DNA of 64,000 nucleotides from Caloramator sp. mosi_1 (GCF_028622835.1 NZ_CP117677.1:1658820-1722819), one strand, 5' to 3'. Counted from the stretch's first letter, positions 21,732 to 33,958 are shown. Translations and numbers: made by a program. Notes: generated by a model not told the origin, from the sequence alone.

Positions 21732-24449
21732 ATGGTTAAAGAAAAGGTGCTTGATTTAGCAAACAAAATAAGTAGAACAAAGCGTGGTTCAAAGGATGAG
21801 ATAACACCAAATGACCCAGAGTACAAGATATTAGAACCAGTTGTAACAGAGGAAATGGCAGAGGTAGGACTTTGTCTTGAGCTCAGGAAGCCTCAAAGTG
21901 CAGAGGAAATAAGTAAAAATGTGGTAAGTCCATAGAAGAAACAGAAAGATTGTTGTGGGAATTAGCAAAGGCTGGAGCAGCATTTGTTAATAAAATTGAT
22001 GGTGTTGATAAATTTTGGCACGAGATATGGGTACCAGGTCATATGGAAATGATAGTTAATAATAAAGAAAATGCTAAAAAGTATCCACAATTAGGAAAGG
22101 CCTTTGATGAATATGGAAAAAGAGGGGACCAAAGGCTGCAGGAAATGTTCCTGTGGGAGTTGGACCTATGCGTGTAATACCAATTGAACACGCTATTGAA
22201 GGAGAAACAAGAAGAGCATCCTTTGAGGAAATATCGAAATATTTAAATGAAAATACGATTTTTTCAGTTTCCGACTGTTCCTGTCGTACAGCAAGAGAGG
22301 CAATGGGAGAGGGATGTGGTCATTTAAAGGAGGATATGTGTATTCAGCTTGGACACGCAGCAGAATACTACATAAGAACAGGAAGAGGAAGACAGATTAC
22401 ACGTGAAGAGGCCTTTGAAATAATAAAAAGAGCAGAGGAAAATGGATTGATGCACTGTATTCCAAACACAGATGGGCCAGGAAAAACCCACGCTATTTGT
22501 AATTGCTGCGGGTGTGGATGTTTTGCAGTAAGAATTGCAAATATGTTTGTAAATCCTGATATGGTGCGTTCAAACTATGTCTCACAGGTTGATAAGAATA
22601 AGTGTGTTGCCTGTGGAGAATGTGTAGAAAACTGTCCAACAAATGCCTTAAAACTTGGTCAGAAGCTGTGTTCAAAAACTCCTATTACACAAAAGAAAAG
22701 AGAACTTCCCTATGATACAGAGTGGGGTCCAGATAAATGGAATCCTGATTATCGTATAAATAGACAGGTTGTGTTAGAAACAGGTTCAAGCCCTTGTAAA
22801 GCAGAATGTCCAGCACATATTGGTATACAAGGCTATATAAAATTAGCAGCACAGGGAAGATATACAGAAGCACTTGAACTTATAAAACAAGAAAATCCTT
22901 TCCCTGCTGTATGTGGCCGTGTTTGTCCAAGATATTGTGAATCAGCTTGTACAAGAGGAGATATAGATGACCCTGTTGCGATAGATGAAATTAAAAAATT
23001 TATTGCAGAACAGGATTTAAATAAGGAAAGGCGTTATATACCTAAAAGAGACATAATTATGGCAAAAAGATTGCTGTTATTGGAGCAGGGCCAGCAGGTT
23101 TATCCTGTGCATATTATCTTGCTATAGATGGATATAATGTAACTGTTTTTGAAAAGGAAAAGGTATTAGGTGGTATGCTGACCCTTGGAATACCATCCTT
23201 TAGACTTGAAAAGGATGTTGTTAATGCAGAAATAGATATATTAAAAGAAATGGGTGTGGAGTTTAAGACTGGTATAGAAGTTGGAAAGGATATAAAATTA
23301 GATGATTTAAGAAAACAAGGTTATGAAGCCTTTTATATTGCAATTGGTGCACAAGCAGGTAGAAAATTAAAGATTGAAGGTGAAGATGCAGAAGGAGTTA
23401 TAACTGGGGTTGACTTCTTGCGTTGTGTAAATTTAGGTGAGTTAAATAATTTAAAGGGAAATGTTGTAGTTGTAGGTGGTGGAAATGTTGCAATAGACGT
23501 TGCAAGAACAGCAGCAAGAATAGGTGCTTCAAAGGTCGATATGTATTGTCTTGAAACCAAAGAAGAAATGCCTGCACTTGATGAGGAAATAGAAGAGGCA
23601 GAAGCAGAGGGAATAGTTATAAATAATTCTTGGGGACCAAAACGTATTATAACAGAAAATGGAAGGGTAGTTGGTGTTGAGTTTAAAAAGTGCGTTTCTG
23701 TTTTTGACGAAAATAAAAAGTTTAATCCAAAATATGATGAAAATGAAACAAAGTTAGTAGAGGCGGATTATGTTTTAATATCAGTAGGTCAAGCGATTGA
23801 TTGGGGAGGACTTATTGAAGGAACAAAAATAGAGTTGAATCCTAATAATACAATAAAGGTTGACCCTGTAACCTATCAAACTGGCGAAAAGGATGTGTTT
23901 GCAGGAGGAGATATTGTAACAGGGCCTAAGTTTGCAATTGATGCAATTGCTATGGGAAAAGAAGGTGCAATATCAATTCATCGTTTTGTGCACCCAGGAC
24001 AGAGCTTGGTTCTTGGAAGAACAAAGAGAAATTATAAGCCCTTTGACAAGCAAAACCTTGTACTTGAAGGATATGATAGAATGCCAAGACAAAAACCAGT
24101 TCATATTGATGTAGAAAAGGCAAAGGCAACCTTAAGAGATTTGCGTGGTACATTTACTGAAGAACAAGTTAAGAAGGAAACAGAACGTTGTTTAAGCTGC
24201 GGTGCAACAGTTGTTGATGAGTTTATGTGTATAGGATGTGGACAATGTGTAACAAAATGTAAATTTGATGCAATTAAGCTGGTTAAAAAATATGATGCAC
24301 AAAATCCTGAGTTTAGCAAAATGAAGTCTACTATAGTTAAGTATGCTCTAAAGAGAAAAATAAGAATTACACTTAAAAAGCCTATGAAGTATATAAAATC
24401 TGTTTTTACGAGAAAAAATAAGAGAGCTTTAGCATATATAAATACTTAA
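21732..24449 (+). CDS. Large FeS flavoprotein (four frame pieces): N-terminal Cys-rich [4Fe-4S] region, a GltD-like NAD(P)H:FAD oxidoreductase (glutamate-synthase small-subunit family), and a C-terminal 2x[4Fe-4S] ferredoxin
   Basis: 'CSCRTAREAMGEGC', 'CNCCGCGC...CVACGECVENCP', 'PCKAECPAHIGIQGYI...AVCGRVCPRYCESAC' (GltD N-domain); 'KKIAVIGAGPAGLSCAYYLA' across the 23100 shift; 'VVVVGGGNVAIDVART'; C-terminal 'CLSCG...CIGCGQCVTKC'. Confidence 0.75.
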
Positions 24450-24516
24450 TATTGTCGCCAACTTTTGAAGTTGGCGACAATATTAATTAAATTATTTTGT
24501 TTAAGGAGATGTTTTT

Positions 24517-24858
24517 ATGCACGAGTTAGGAGTTATAATTGAAGTTGTTAAATATGTTGAGGATTTTGCAAAGAAAAATAATCTAAAGAAAATAGATACT
24601 CTTGTTCTTCAAATAGGTGAATTATCTGCTATGATTCCAAGATATATTGAGGCCTGCTATCCAGCGGCAGTGGATGGAACAATGCTTCAGGATACAAAAT
24701 TAAAAATTGAAATAATGCCTGCGAATGCAATTTGCAAGGATTGTGGGAATGTTTTCAATGTACTTAAAAACAATAAAGTATGTCCAAAATGTAAAGGCGA
24801 GGTTTGGGAACTTCTCTGCGGCAGGGAATTTATGATAAAGGAAGTTGTAGCCTATTAA
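24517..24858 (+). CDS. hypA: Hydrogenase nickel insertion protein HypA
   Basis: 113 aa; 'MHELGV', 'LVLQIGELSAM' and zinc site 'CKDCG...CPKCKG'. Confidence 0.85.
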   Translation: MHELGVIIEVVKYVEDFAKKNNLKKIDTLVLQIGELSAMIPRYIEACYPAAVDGTMLQDTKLKIEIMPANAICKDCGNVFNVLKNNKVCPKCKGEVWELLCGREFMIKEVVAY

Positions 24859-25205
24859 TATAGGTATTCCCCCTCAGTTTTGGTGTTAAGTTTTATTAAT
24901 AAAAAGGCAACATATGCATAGTATTGTATGCGGAAATTCATTTCCACAATATTTAGAAAATTAATTATTAAATATAACTTTTCATAATTGAATAAAACAA
25001 GTTTTTTATTCAAAAATATATATTTAGCAAATATATTTATTTTCATAATGAATTAATATAAAACACACTATTCACAAAACAGAATAAATAAAATATTCAT
25101 AATATAAAAACTTTTTATTGAATTATTGCGTATGTTGTCGAATTGTGTATAATAGTATTTGTGAGATGAACAAATAAGAAAAAATACCTAAGGAGGGGGA
25201 CAAAA

Positions 25206-26726
25206 ATGGCATCAAATAAGAAGCCAACAGGTAAACTTACACTGGTATCATTGATACTTATGATCTTTACTTCAGTGTATGGATTCAACAACATCCCAAG
25301 ATCATTCTATAAGATGGGATATGCTGCTATTCCTTGGTTTATACTATCAGGAATAACATTCTTCATTCCTTTTGCATTTATGATGGCTGAATATGGTGCA
25401 GCCTTTAAGAATGAAAAGGGTGGAATTTATTCTTGGATGGAAAAATCAGTAGGACCAAGATTCGCATTTATAGGTACATTTATGTGGTACGTTTCATATA
25501 TCATTTGGATGGTTAACGTATCACAAGGTATGTGGGTTCCTTTCTCAAATGCAATATTTGGTAAGGATACAACAAAGGATTGGGTAATTTTAGGATTATC
25601 AGGACCAAAGTTACTTGCAGTACTTGGTATATTATGGATAGTATTCGTAACTTATATCTCAACTAAGGGTCTTGACAAGATAAAGAAGATTACTTCACTT
25701 GGTGGTTCAACAGTTGCAGCACTAAACATTGTCCTTTGGATAGGTGCTATAGCAATATTAATACTAAATAAGGGACAACTTGCTCAACCAATAGAAGGAC
25801 TAAAGTCATTTACTCAATCACCAAATCCAAAGTTTGCTGGAAATATGATAGCAGGACTTGCATTCATAGTTTATGCAATATTTGCATATGGTGGTATTGA
25901 AGCAGTTGGTGGTCTTGTTGACCAAACTGAAAACGCTGAAAAGACATTCCCAAAGGGAGTTGCAATATCAGCAGCGATAATATCAATTGGTTACTCAATG
26001 GGTATATTACTTGTAGGTATATTCACTAACTGGACAAATGTTATAAATCAAGAGGGTGTTCACTTAGGAAACGCAGGTTATGTTGTTATGACTAACCTTG
26101 GTATAGAATTTGGTAGAGCTATAGGTGTAAGTGATGCTACAGCTATGGCTATGGGAGCAGGAATAGCAAGATTTGTTGGTATTTCAATGTTCTTAGCATT
26201 AATGGGAGCATTCTTTACACTAACTTATGCACCACTTAAGCAAATGATTGAAGGTACACCAGCTGAATTATGGCCTTGGAAGATGGGTGAATTAAAGGAT
26301 GGTATGCCAATATATGCTATGTGGGTACAAGCTGGTATAGTTGTTGTTATGATAACTTTACTTGCAGTTGGTGGAGATTCAATGTCAAAGTTCTTTGATA
26401 TACTTGTTGCGATGACTAACGTTGCAATGACTCTACCATATATGTTCCTATCAGGTGCATTTGCACCATTTAAGAAAAAGACAGAAATACACAAACCATT
26501 CGAAGTGTTTAAGAGCTACAACAGTGCATTATTTGCATCAATAGTAGTTACACTTACAGTTGGATTTGCTAACTTCTTTACAGTACTTGAGCCAGCATTA
26601 GCTGGAGATATGAAGACAACATTCTGGTCAGTTGCAGGACCAATATTCTTCTCAATAGTAGCATTTATAATGTACTACGTATACGAAAAGAAAACTGCTT
26701 CAAAGAAGGCAGACAGGGCTGCATAA
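25206..26726 (+). CDS. APC-superfamily amino-acid permease (YjeM/glutamate-GABA-antiporter-like), intact
   Basis: 506 aa with 12 TM segments; typical APC N-terminal 'SLILMIFTSVYGFNNIP'. Confidence 0.8.
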   Translation: MASNKKPTGKLTLVSLILMIFTSVYGFNNIPRSFYKMGYAAIPWFILSGITFFIPFAFMMAEYGAAFKNEKGGIYSWMEKSVGPRFAFIGTFMWYVSYIIWMVNVSQGMWVPFSNAIFGKDTTKDWVILGLSGPKLLAVLGILWIVFVTYISTKGLDKIKKITSLGGSTVAALNIVLWIGAIAILILNKGQLAQPIEGLKSFTQSPNPKFAGNMIAGLAFIVYAIFAYGGIEAVGGLVDQTENAEKTFPKGVAISAAIISIGYSMGILLVGIFTNWTNVINQEGVHLGNAGYVVMTNLGIEFGRAIGVSDATAMAMGAGIARFVGISMFLALMGAFFTLTYAPLKQMIEGTPAELWPWKMGELKDGMPIYAMWVQAGIVVVMITLLAVGGDSMSKFFDILVAMTNVAMTLPYMFLSGAFAPFKKKTEIHKPFEVFKSYNSALFASIVVTLTVGFANFFTVLEPALAGDMKTTFWSVAGPIFFSIVAFIMYYVYEKKTASKKADRAA

Positions 26727-26728
26727 TA

Positions 26729-26755
26729 GGAGGCTGCATTTGCAGCCTCTTTTTA
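26729..26755 (+). terminator. Rho-independent terminator ('gaggctgca ttt gcagcctc tttttat')
   Basis: Hairpin plus T-run right after the permease stop. Confidence 0.75.
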
Positions 26756-26831
26756 TGTTTCGATAGTATTTGACAAAATACGATATTAGTTATATCATAA
26801 TATTGTATTATTGTGATATAGGAGGTATAGT

Positions 26832-27189
26832 ATGAAAAAGGCTGTTGATTTTCATAGAGAAGGATATAACTGTGCAGAGGCAATAATAAAATCAGCTAAT
26901 CAAAAATTCGGTTTAGAAATCCCAGTAGGTTTAGGGAGTGCTTTTGGGGAGGAATGGCTGTAGGAAGTACTTGTGGTGCGATAACTGCAGCAGCTGTAGT
27001 TTTAGGTTATATAAATGGCAGAAATGAAGCATCAGAAAAAATGAAGCAAGAGCTCCTATGAGGGAGATTATGAAGGCTGTAAAAGATAATTATGGAACAG
27101 ATAACTGCCTTCAGCTTAAGAAAAACGGAGTTTCTTGTGATGAAATAATTGATTATATAGATGCTTTACTTGAAAACGTAGCAAAGTAG
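26832..27189 (+). CDS. C_GCAxxG_C_C-family small redox-active protein (frameshifted)
   Basis: 'REGYNCAEAI', '...GSTCGAITAAAVVLG', '...DNCLQLKKNGVSCDEII'. Confidence 0.6.
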
Positions 27190-27345
27190 AATTTAAATCG
27201 GTTAGTTTAAAAACAGGTGTCGAGAGGATTTATATATTTGAAGACGCCTGTTTTTTATTATTTTATAGTATAATAAAATTTGCTTTTTAAGAATGTTTAG
27301 AAATATAATATAATTAAGTGCAAGACTAAAAGAAGGAGAGGCATT

Positions 27346-27975
27346 ATGAGAAATTTGATGTTTTTAATTAAAACAGTATTTGCTGGTTTGTTTACTGGAG
27401 TAGCATTTGCCATACCTCTTGGTCCAGCAGGTTTAGAGTCGATTAAAAGGACTGTAAATAGTGGTATAAAGGATGGATTAATGGTTGCACTTGGGGCAGT
27501 ATTGGCAGATGCCTTTGATATTTTATTTATAAACATTGGGCTTTTTAGTTTGCTTAATCAAAACAAAAGCACAGAAGCAATTTTTTATAATTTGTGGTTT
27601 CTTTATCTTATTTTTCGCATTTGAGGACATAAAAAGTACAAGGGAGATGTGGATAAGAATACAACCAAATATGATTCTAAACCTTTATTAAAGGGATATG
27701 TTATAGCATTTACAAATCCAATGACGCATTCCTTTTGGTTGACAATAAGTGGTACTCTTATACATAGGTTTAGTGATATAAGACCTATATACTATTATAT
27801 ATTTTTAGTTTTCATAATCATTGGTATGTTTATATGGTTTATGTTATTAAATTTAGCTGCATTGAAGGGATTTCAAAGATTTGAAGGAACAAAAACAACA
27901 AAATATTTGAAAAGCTTACAACAGGTATAATGATTTTATTTGGTATAGGCTTTATTATTTTTGGGCTATATAATT
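27346..27975 (+). CDS. LysE/RhtB-family amino-acid exporter (frameshifted)
   Basis: 'LGPAGLESIKRTVNSGIKDG...GAVLAD' and 'FTNPMTHSFWLTISG' LysE motifs. Confidence 0.65.
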
Positions 27976-27999
27976 TTAAATTATTTAAAGGGTGATTAG

Positions 28000-29560
28000 A
28001 TGAAGGGAAATATAAGATTAGAAATAAGAACAAAGGATACTATAGGAATAACCCTAAAAATACTTGAAAAATTATATGAGAATGAAGATAGATTTAAGGG
28101 CTGCAGAGGTTTTTCTAAGAAGGTGTGTATTAAAATAGATGAAATATCAAAGGAAAGACTTGAAAAACTGATAGAACGTATATCTGAGATTGAAGAGGTT
28201 TTAAGTGTTGATGAGGTTGAATTATTGTCCAATGAAAAAATGAAAGAAAATTAATTGCTATAATTGATGCCGTTGATGAGGGGGTACTCGCAGTAAATAA
28301 GGACTATAAAGTTGAAATATTTAATAGATACTGCGAAACATTATTTAAATACAACAAGGATGAAGTCATTGGTAGTGATATTAGAGGAATTATAAATAAA
28401 GATGCACCTATGTTTAAGCTGTTTAGAGATGGTATCCCCTATGACAACGTTGAACAGATTGTGGATAGGGAGAGTTTAAAATACATTATTTAACATCAGG
28501 CAGGCCGGTATTGGATGATCTAGGTAATACAATTGGTGCTGTTGCTTCGATTAAGTATATTAATAAAGCAATGGAGCTTGTAGAAGTTGTAAATACAATA
28601 AAGGATGGTGCCTTTTCTGATATAATAGGAAAAAGTAATCAGATAGAGTATGTAAAGAAGCTTGCAGCTTCTGTAGCTAAAACAACATCCACTGTTCTTT
28701 TGCTTGGTGAAAGTGGAACAGGTAAAGAGCTTTTGCAAAGGCTATACATAGGCTGAGTAATAGAGGAAATAATAAGTTTATTGCAATAAACTGTGCGACT
28801 TTGCCTGAAAATCTATTAGAGAGTGAACTTTTTGGATATGAAGAGGGAAGTTTTACAGGTGCTCTAAAAGGTGGAAAGGATGGTATATTTGTTGAGGCAA
28901 ATGGTGGTACTTTGTTCTTAGATGAAATAGGTGAAATGCCCCTTAAACTACAGGCAAAGATATTAAGAGTGCTGCAGGAGGGTGTTGTTCGAAAAATAGG
29001 TTCAAGCAAGAGAAACTAAAATAGATGTTAGAATTATAGCTGCTACAAACAGAAATATTGAGGATATGGTTAAAAATGGAGAGTTTAGAGAGGATCTTTA
29101 TTATAGGCTGAGTGTTATGCCGATTTATCTTCCACCACTTAGAGAAAGAAAAGAGGATATACCTCTTCTTGTTAACTATTTTGTGGAAAGTTTAAATAAA
29201 AAGTTCAATGGAAAGATAAAGAAAATAGAAAAGGGATATATTGAGGAGTTAATGAAATACAGCTGGCCAGGGAATATAAGAGAATTACAAAATGTAGTAG
29301 AAAGATCTATTATACTCTGTGAAGGAGATGCACTAACAAAGGACAATGTGTACATAAATATTGAAAAAGTAGGGCAAAATGAAGTTGTAGATTTTAACTA
29401 CAAAGAGAGAACCCTTGATGAGATTGTATCTGAATGTGAGAGGGAAGTTGTAAAAAGAGCTCTTGAAAAATATAAAAGCTATAGAGAGGCTGCAAAACAT
29501 TTAGGGGTATCTCATACAACTATAATGAATAAAATAAAAAAGTATAAGCTATATATGTAA
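28000..29560 (+). CDS. Sigma-54-dependent transcriptional activator, TyrR-like (ACT, PAS, AAA+, HTH); at least four frame pieces
   Basis: 'GESGTGKEL', '[15 protein letters not shown]' (GAFTGA), '[20 protein letters not shown]', '[13 protein letters not shown]' and the C-terminal HTH '[19 protein letters not shown]'. Confidence 0.8.
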
Positions 29561-29662
29561 AATTTAATTTACGACTGTAAAAGAATTTTTACATTTATTA
29601 ATACATACTGTAAAGTATATTTTACAAATAATAATAATCCTTTGAACTTTCTGTCTTTAGTT

Positions 29663-29679
29663 GTTGCATCATATTTGCT
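29663..29679 (+). promoter_or_regulatory. Candidate sigma-54 (-24/-12) promoter 'TTGCATCATATTTGCTT' upstream of methionine gamma-lyase
   Basis: Matches TGGCAC-N5-TTGCW except that -24 is TG rather than GG; the GC at -12 is preceded by TTT; lies 37 bp before the ATG, directly downstream of the sigma-54 activator gene. Confidence 0.4.
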
Positions 29680-29715
29680 TATATATAATTGAAAAAGTTC
29701 AAAGGAGGAAACTTT

Positions 29716-30914
29716 ATGGATAGAGAAAAAGCAAAAAATATGGGATTTTCAACTAAAGCAATACACGCAGGAAATCACAAAAATGAGTTTGGTACTTTAG
29801 CAACACCAATATATCAAACTGCTACATTTGTTTTTGATAGTGCACAGCAGGGAGGAAATAGATTTGCAGGAAAAGAAGAAGGATATATATATTCAAGATT
29901 AGGAAACCCTACTGTGAGTGTATTGGAAGAGAAGATATCAATACTTGAGGGTGGAGAGGCTTGCGTTGCTACATCATCAGGTATGGGGGCTATATCATCA
30001 GCACTATGGACAGCACTAAAGGCTGGTGACCACGTAGTAGCAGCAGATACACTATATGGTTGTACCTTTGCATATTTAAGTCACGGGCTTACAAGATATG
30101 GAGTTGATGTTACTTTTGTAGATGCATCAAATCCTGAAAATATAAAGAGTGCTATGAGGGAAAATACAAAGGTTATTTATATAGAAACACCAGCAAATCC
30201 AAACTTAAAATTAATAGATATAAAAAGGTAGCAGAAATTGCACATAGTAAGGAAGACTGTATACTAATTGTAGATAATACCTTCTGTACACCTTATATTC
30301 AAAGACCAATTGAACTTGGTGCGGATGTAGTTGTTCACTCAGCAACTAAATTTTTGAATGGACACGGGGACGTTATTGCAGGATTTGTAGTAGGAAGAAA
30401 AAGTTTTATAGACCAAGTAAGATTGTTTGGTATAAAGGATATGACAGGTGCTTGCTTGAGTCCATTTGATGCATATTTAATTTTAAGAGGGCTTAAGACA
30501 TTAGAAATAAGAATGGAAAGACATTGTAGTAATGCAATAAAGGTAGCTAAATTCTTAGAAGAGCATAAGGCCGTTAAAAAGGTTTATTATCCAGGGCTTG
30601 AAAGCTTTGAACAATATGAACTTGCAAAGGAACAAATGAGACTGCCAGGTGCCATTATTGCCTTTGAATTAAATGGTGGAGTAGAAGAAGGAATAAAAGT
30701 GCTAAATTCCTGCAGGGTTTGTACATTAGCAGTAAGTTTAGGAGATGCAGAAACTTTAATACAACATCCAGCTTCAATGACACATTCTCCTTACACAAGA
30801 GAAGAAAGACTAAAGGCTGGCATATCAGATGGACTAATAAGACTTGCTGTTGGACTTGAAAATGCGGAGGATATTATAGCAGATCTAAAGCAGGCTTTAG
30901 ATGCTATAGTATGA
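29716..30914 (+). CDS. mdeA: Methionine gamma-lyase (Cys/Met-metabolism PLP enzyme), two frame pieces
   Basis: 'KAIHAGN...[11 protein letters not shown]', 'YSRLGNPT' and '[15 protein letters not shown]' (PLP-lysine region). Confidence 0.85.
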
Positions 30915-30942
30915 AATAAAAATCTATAGAGGGGTAACACTA

Positions 30943-30970
30943 AAAAGGAGCAAGAGTTTGCTCCTTTTTA
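30943..30970 (+). terminator. Rho-independent terminator ('aaaaaggagcaa gagt ttgctccttttt')
   Basis: Hairpin plus T-run after mdeA. Confidence 0.75.
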
Positions 30971-31055
30971 ACTAATATTAATAAAAATAAATACTTTAAC
31001 TTTTTTTAATGACTTAGTAATTTAATTGGTGTATAATACTATTAGAGGTGGTAAT

Positions 31056-31478
31056 ATGTTGTATATATGGATATTAGTATCACTTGCAGCAATTTTAATT
31101 GATGCACTTACAAGTAGCTTTATATTTTTTAGCTTTGCTGTAGGAGGAATAGGAGCATTAATACTTTTAATGTTTAATGCTTCCATTGCAGTACAGATTA
31201 TTGTTTTTATGGTCCTTAGCATAATTTCAATACTATGGGTTGCTCCATACGTAAGGAAAACACTTAAAAAACACCCCTGCTTTTAAACCAATGGAACAAA
31301 ACTATATAGGTAGGGTGCTTGTTGCTGAGGAAGATATAAAAGAAAAGACACAGATAAAATATGAAGGAATATATTGGTATGTGCTTAATGCTGGAGAACC
31401 TATAAAGAGGGGGATAAATTTAAAATAACAGGTATTGAGGGAAATAAATTAGTTATAGAAAAAATAAAGGAGGGACTA
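31056..31478 (+). CDS. NfeD-family membrane protein (short form, OB-fold C-terminal domain), frameshifted
   Basis: Two TM helices followed by 'YIGRVLVAEEDI...KFKITGIEGNKLVIE'; immediately upstream of an SPFH gene. Confidence 0.7.
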
Positions 31479-31480
31479 TA

Positions 31481-32521
31481 ATGGGATATGTTTTAGTAAC
31501 AATTTTATTAGTATTTGTATTAATAATTATTTTATCAACTATAAAGATAGTTAACACTGGTTATTTATATGTAGTAGAAAGGTTTGGTCAGTTCCATAGA
31601 ATATTAGAACCAGGTTGGCACATATTGATTCCTTTTGTTGATTTTGTAAGGGCAAAGGTTTCAACAAAACAACAAATATTAGATATTGAACCACAATCGG
31701 TTATAACAAAAGATAATGTAAAAATATCTATAGACAATGTTATATTCTATAAGGTTATGAATGCAAAGGATGCAATATATAATATTGAAAATTATAAGTC
31801 AGGTATTGTATATTCAACTATAACAAATATGAGAAATATAGTTGGTAATATGACCCTTGATGAAGTCTTATCAGGAAGAGATAAAATAAATGCAGAGCTT
31901 TTAAGGGTTGTTGATGAAATAACAGATGCATATGGAATTAAGATACTATCTGTTGAAATTAAAAATATAATTCCACCTGCAGAAATTCAGCAGGCAATGG
32001 AAAAGCAAATGAAGGCAGAGAGAGATAAAAGAGCAGCAATACTTCAGGCAGAAGGTGAGAAACAAAGTGCTATAGCAAGAGCAGAGGGACAAAAGCAAGC
32101 AATGATACTTCAGGCAGAAGCAGAAAGAGAAGCTAATATAAGACGTGCAGAAGGTATGAGAGAGGCACAACTTCTTGAGGCAGAAGGTAAAGCTATGGCA
32201 ATGGAGAGAATAGCACAGGCTCAAGCAGAGGCTATTAAAAAGGTAAATAATGCAATACACGAATCAAATACTGACGAAGTTGTAATTGCACTAAAGCAGG
32301 TTGAGGCATTACAAGAAATGGCTAAAAATCCAGCTAACAAGCTTATTATACCAAATGAGGTAGTTTCAACATTAGGTAGTATATCTGCAGTAGCAGATAT
32401 GATTAAAAGTAATATAATAAAAGGCTGCAGAAGCGGCCTTTTATTATTGCTTTATAATGGGATATGTAATATAATTTACAATGACAATATTTTTGGGAGT
32501 GGAAGGTTAAATTATGATTAA
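31481..32521 (+). CDS. SPFH/band-7 (stomatin/flotillin-like) protein with an Ala/Glu/Gln-rich coiled-coil tail
   Basis: 'GYLYVVERFGQFHRILEPGWHILIPFVD' SPFH core and 'AEIQQAMEKQMKAERDKRAAILQAEGE' repeats. Confidence 0.85.
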   Translation: MGYVLVTILLVFVLIIILSTIKIVNTGYLYVVERFGQFHRILEPGWHILIPFVDFVRAKVSTKQQILDIEPQSVITKDNVKISIDNVIFYKVMNAKDAIYNIENYKSGIVYSTITNMRNIVGNMTLDEVLSGRDKINAELLRVVDEITDAYGIKILSVEIKNIIPPAEIQQAMEKQMKAERDKRAAILQAEGEKQSAIARAEGQKQAMILQAEAEREANIRRAEGMREAQLLEAEGKAMAMERIAQAQAEAIKKVNNAIHESNTDEVVIALKQVEALQEMAKNPANKLIIPNEVVSTLGSISAVADMIKSNIIKGCRSGLLLLLYNGICNIIYNDNIFGSGRLNYD

Positions 32522-33438
32522 GTTTTACAATAGAAAAAGTAAAGAATACCAAGTAGAAAAGGTAGCAGGTAATTTGGCAATAAAATGGATATATGGTTCA
32601 AGACTTGTTGGTAAAGGACTTTTACATTTTTTAATTAAAAGAAGGATTGCTTCAAAATTATATGGACTATATTGTTCTTTGCCTGTTAGTAGAAAAAGAT
32701 AGATAAATTTATAAAGGATTTTAATATTGATATGGATAGATTTGAAGTTCCAGAGGGTGGGTTTCAAAACTTTAATGAGTTTTTTATAGGAAATTAAAGA
32801 AGAATAGGATTGATATAGAAAAACAAGGTAATGTTCTAATATCACCCTGTGATGGAAAGGTGCTTGCGTATCAAAATGTGGATATAGATATGATTTTACA
32901 GGTAAAGGATATAACATATTCATTAAGGGAATTGATTGGTAATGATGAGGTAGCAGAAAAATATAATAAAGGAACTTGTTTGATTTTTAGATTATGTCCT
33001 GCTGACTATCATAGATTTCATTTCGTAGATGATGGGATATGTGAAAAGACAAATACTATAAAAGGTTGTTATTATTCTGTAAACCCTGTTGCACTTGATA
33101 GAATAGAAAAGCTATTTTGTGAAAATAAAAGGGAATGGAGTATCTTTCACTCAAATAATTTTGGGGATATTCTTTATGTAGAAGTTGGGGCAACCTTTGT
33201 GGGTTCGATTGTTCAAACTTATGTGCCAGGAGAAACTATTAAACGAGGGGATGAAAAAGGATATTTTAAATTTGGTGCTTCTACAGTTATATTATTCTTT
33301 AGAGAAAATAAGGTCATAATTGATGGTGATATATTAGAGCAGACACAAAAGGGTTTTGAAACCTGTGTTTATATGGGTGAAAAAATAGGAGTAAAAAGGA
33401 GGAATAAATCCTCCTTTTTTTATTTAAGAAAATTTTAA
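32514..33438 (+). CDS. psd: Phosphatidylserine decarboxylase (short/archaetidylserine-type), frameshifted N-terminus
   Basis: 'LISPCDGKV', '[13 protein letters not shown]' and the 'FGAST' pyruvoyl-site region. Confidence 0.8.
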
Positions 33439-33625
33439 AATTACATTTTAAAATCCTAAGGTAAATGTAGAAAAAATAAGAAAATAAATGCAAATATGTA
33501 GTGAAATATGGATACTTTAAAATTATCAGACAAAAAGAAAAATATATAAAATTAATAAATTTTTATAATTTGCAAAACTGATTTTAGGGAGTAAAATTAA
33601 TTTATGATTTTTAGGGGGTGAGTAA

Positions 33626-33940
33626 ATGGAGGATAACATTGAAAAGGTTATTCAAAATATAATACATATTGATAGGAGTGCTGAAGAACTGAGAAAAAAG
33701 TTGATGAAGATGTACAAAGAAAAAAAACGAGTATAGCAGTAAAATAAAGATTATGAAAATTGAGATACTTGATAAAAAATTGAAGAGCTTCAGAAGATAA
33801 AAGAAGCTGAAATGATAAATATAAAAAGTGAAGAGAGTAAAATAATTGATATGTATACAGAAAAAGCAAATGAGTTAGAAAATAAGTACAATTTAATAAA
33901 ACAAGAGTTTTTAAAACAAATTTTTGAAGACATTTTTTAA
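33626..33940 (+). CDS. V/A-type ATPase small coiled-coil subunit (G/H-like), frameshifted
   Basis: ~100-aa charged coiled-coil ORF, first in the V-ATPase operon. Confidence 0.55.
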
Positions 33941-33958
33941 AAAAGATAGGTGATTTAT

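Noticed and set aside
22493-22873. Minus-strand ORFs of 60-62 aa inside the FeS flavoprotein gene, and similar short antisense ORFs listed elsewhere (for example 23333..23560 and 26225..26494)
   Set aside because: They are antisense to well-supported coding sequence and have no independent signals.
21935-30235. Internal stops splitting the FeS flavoprotein, sigma-54 activator and mdeA, which could have been Sec (TGA) codons
   Set aside because: The breaks are frameshifts at A/T runs (or a TAG), not in-frame TGAs at conserved Cys positions. The only convincing in-frame TGAs are in the two ORFs at 58190..58728.
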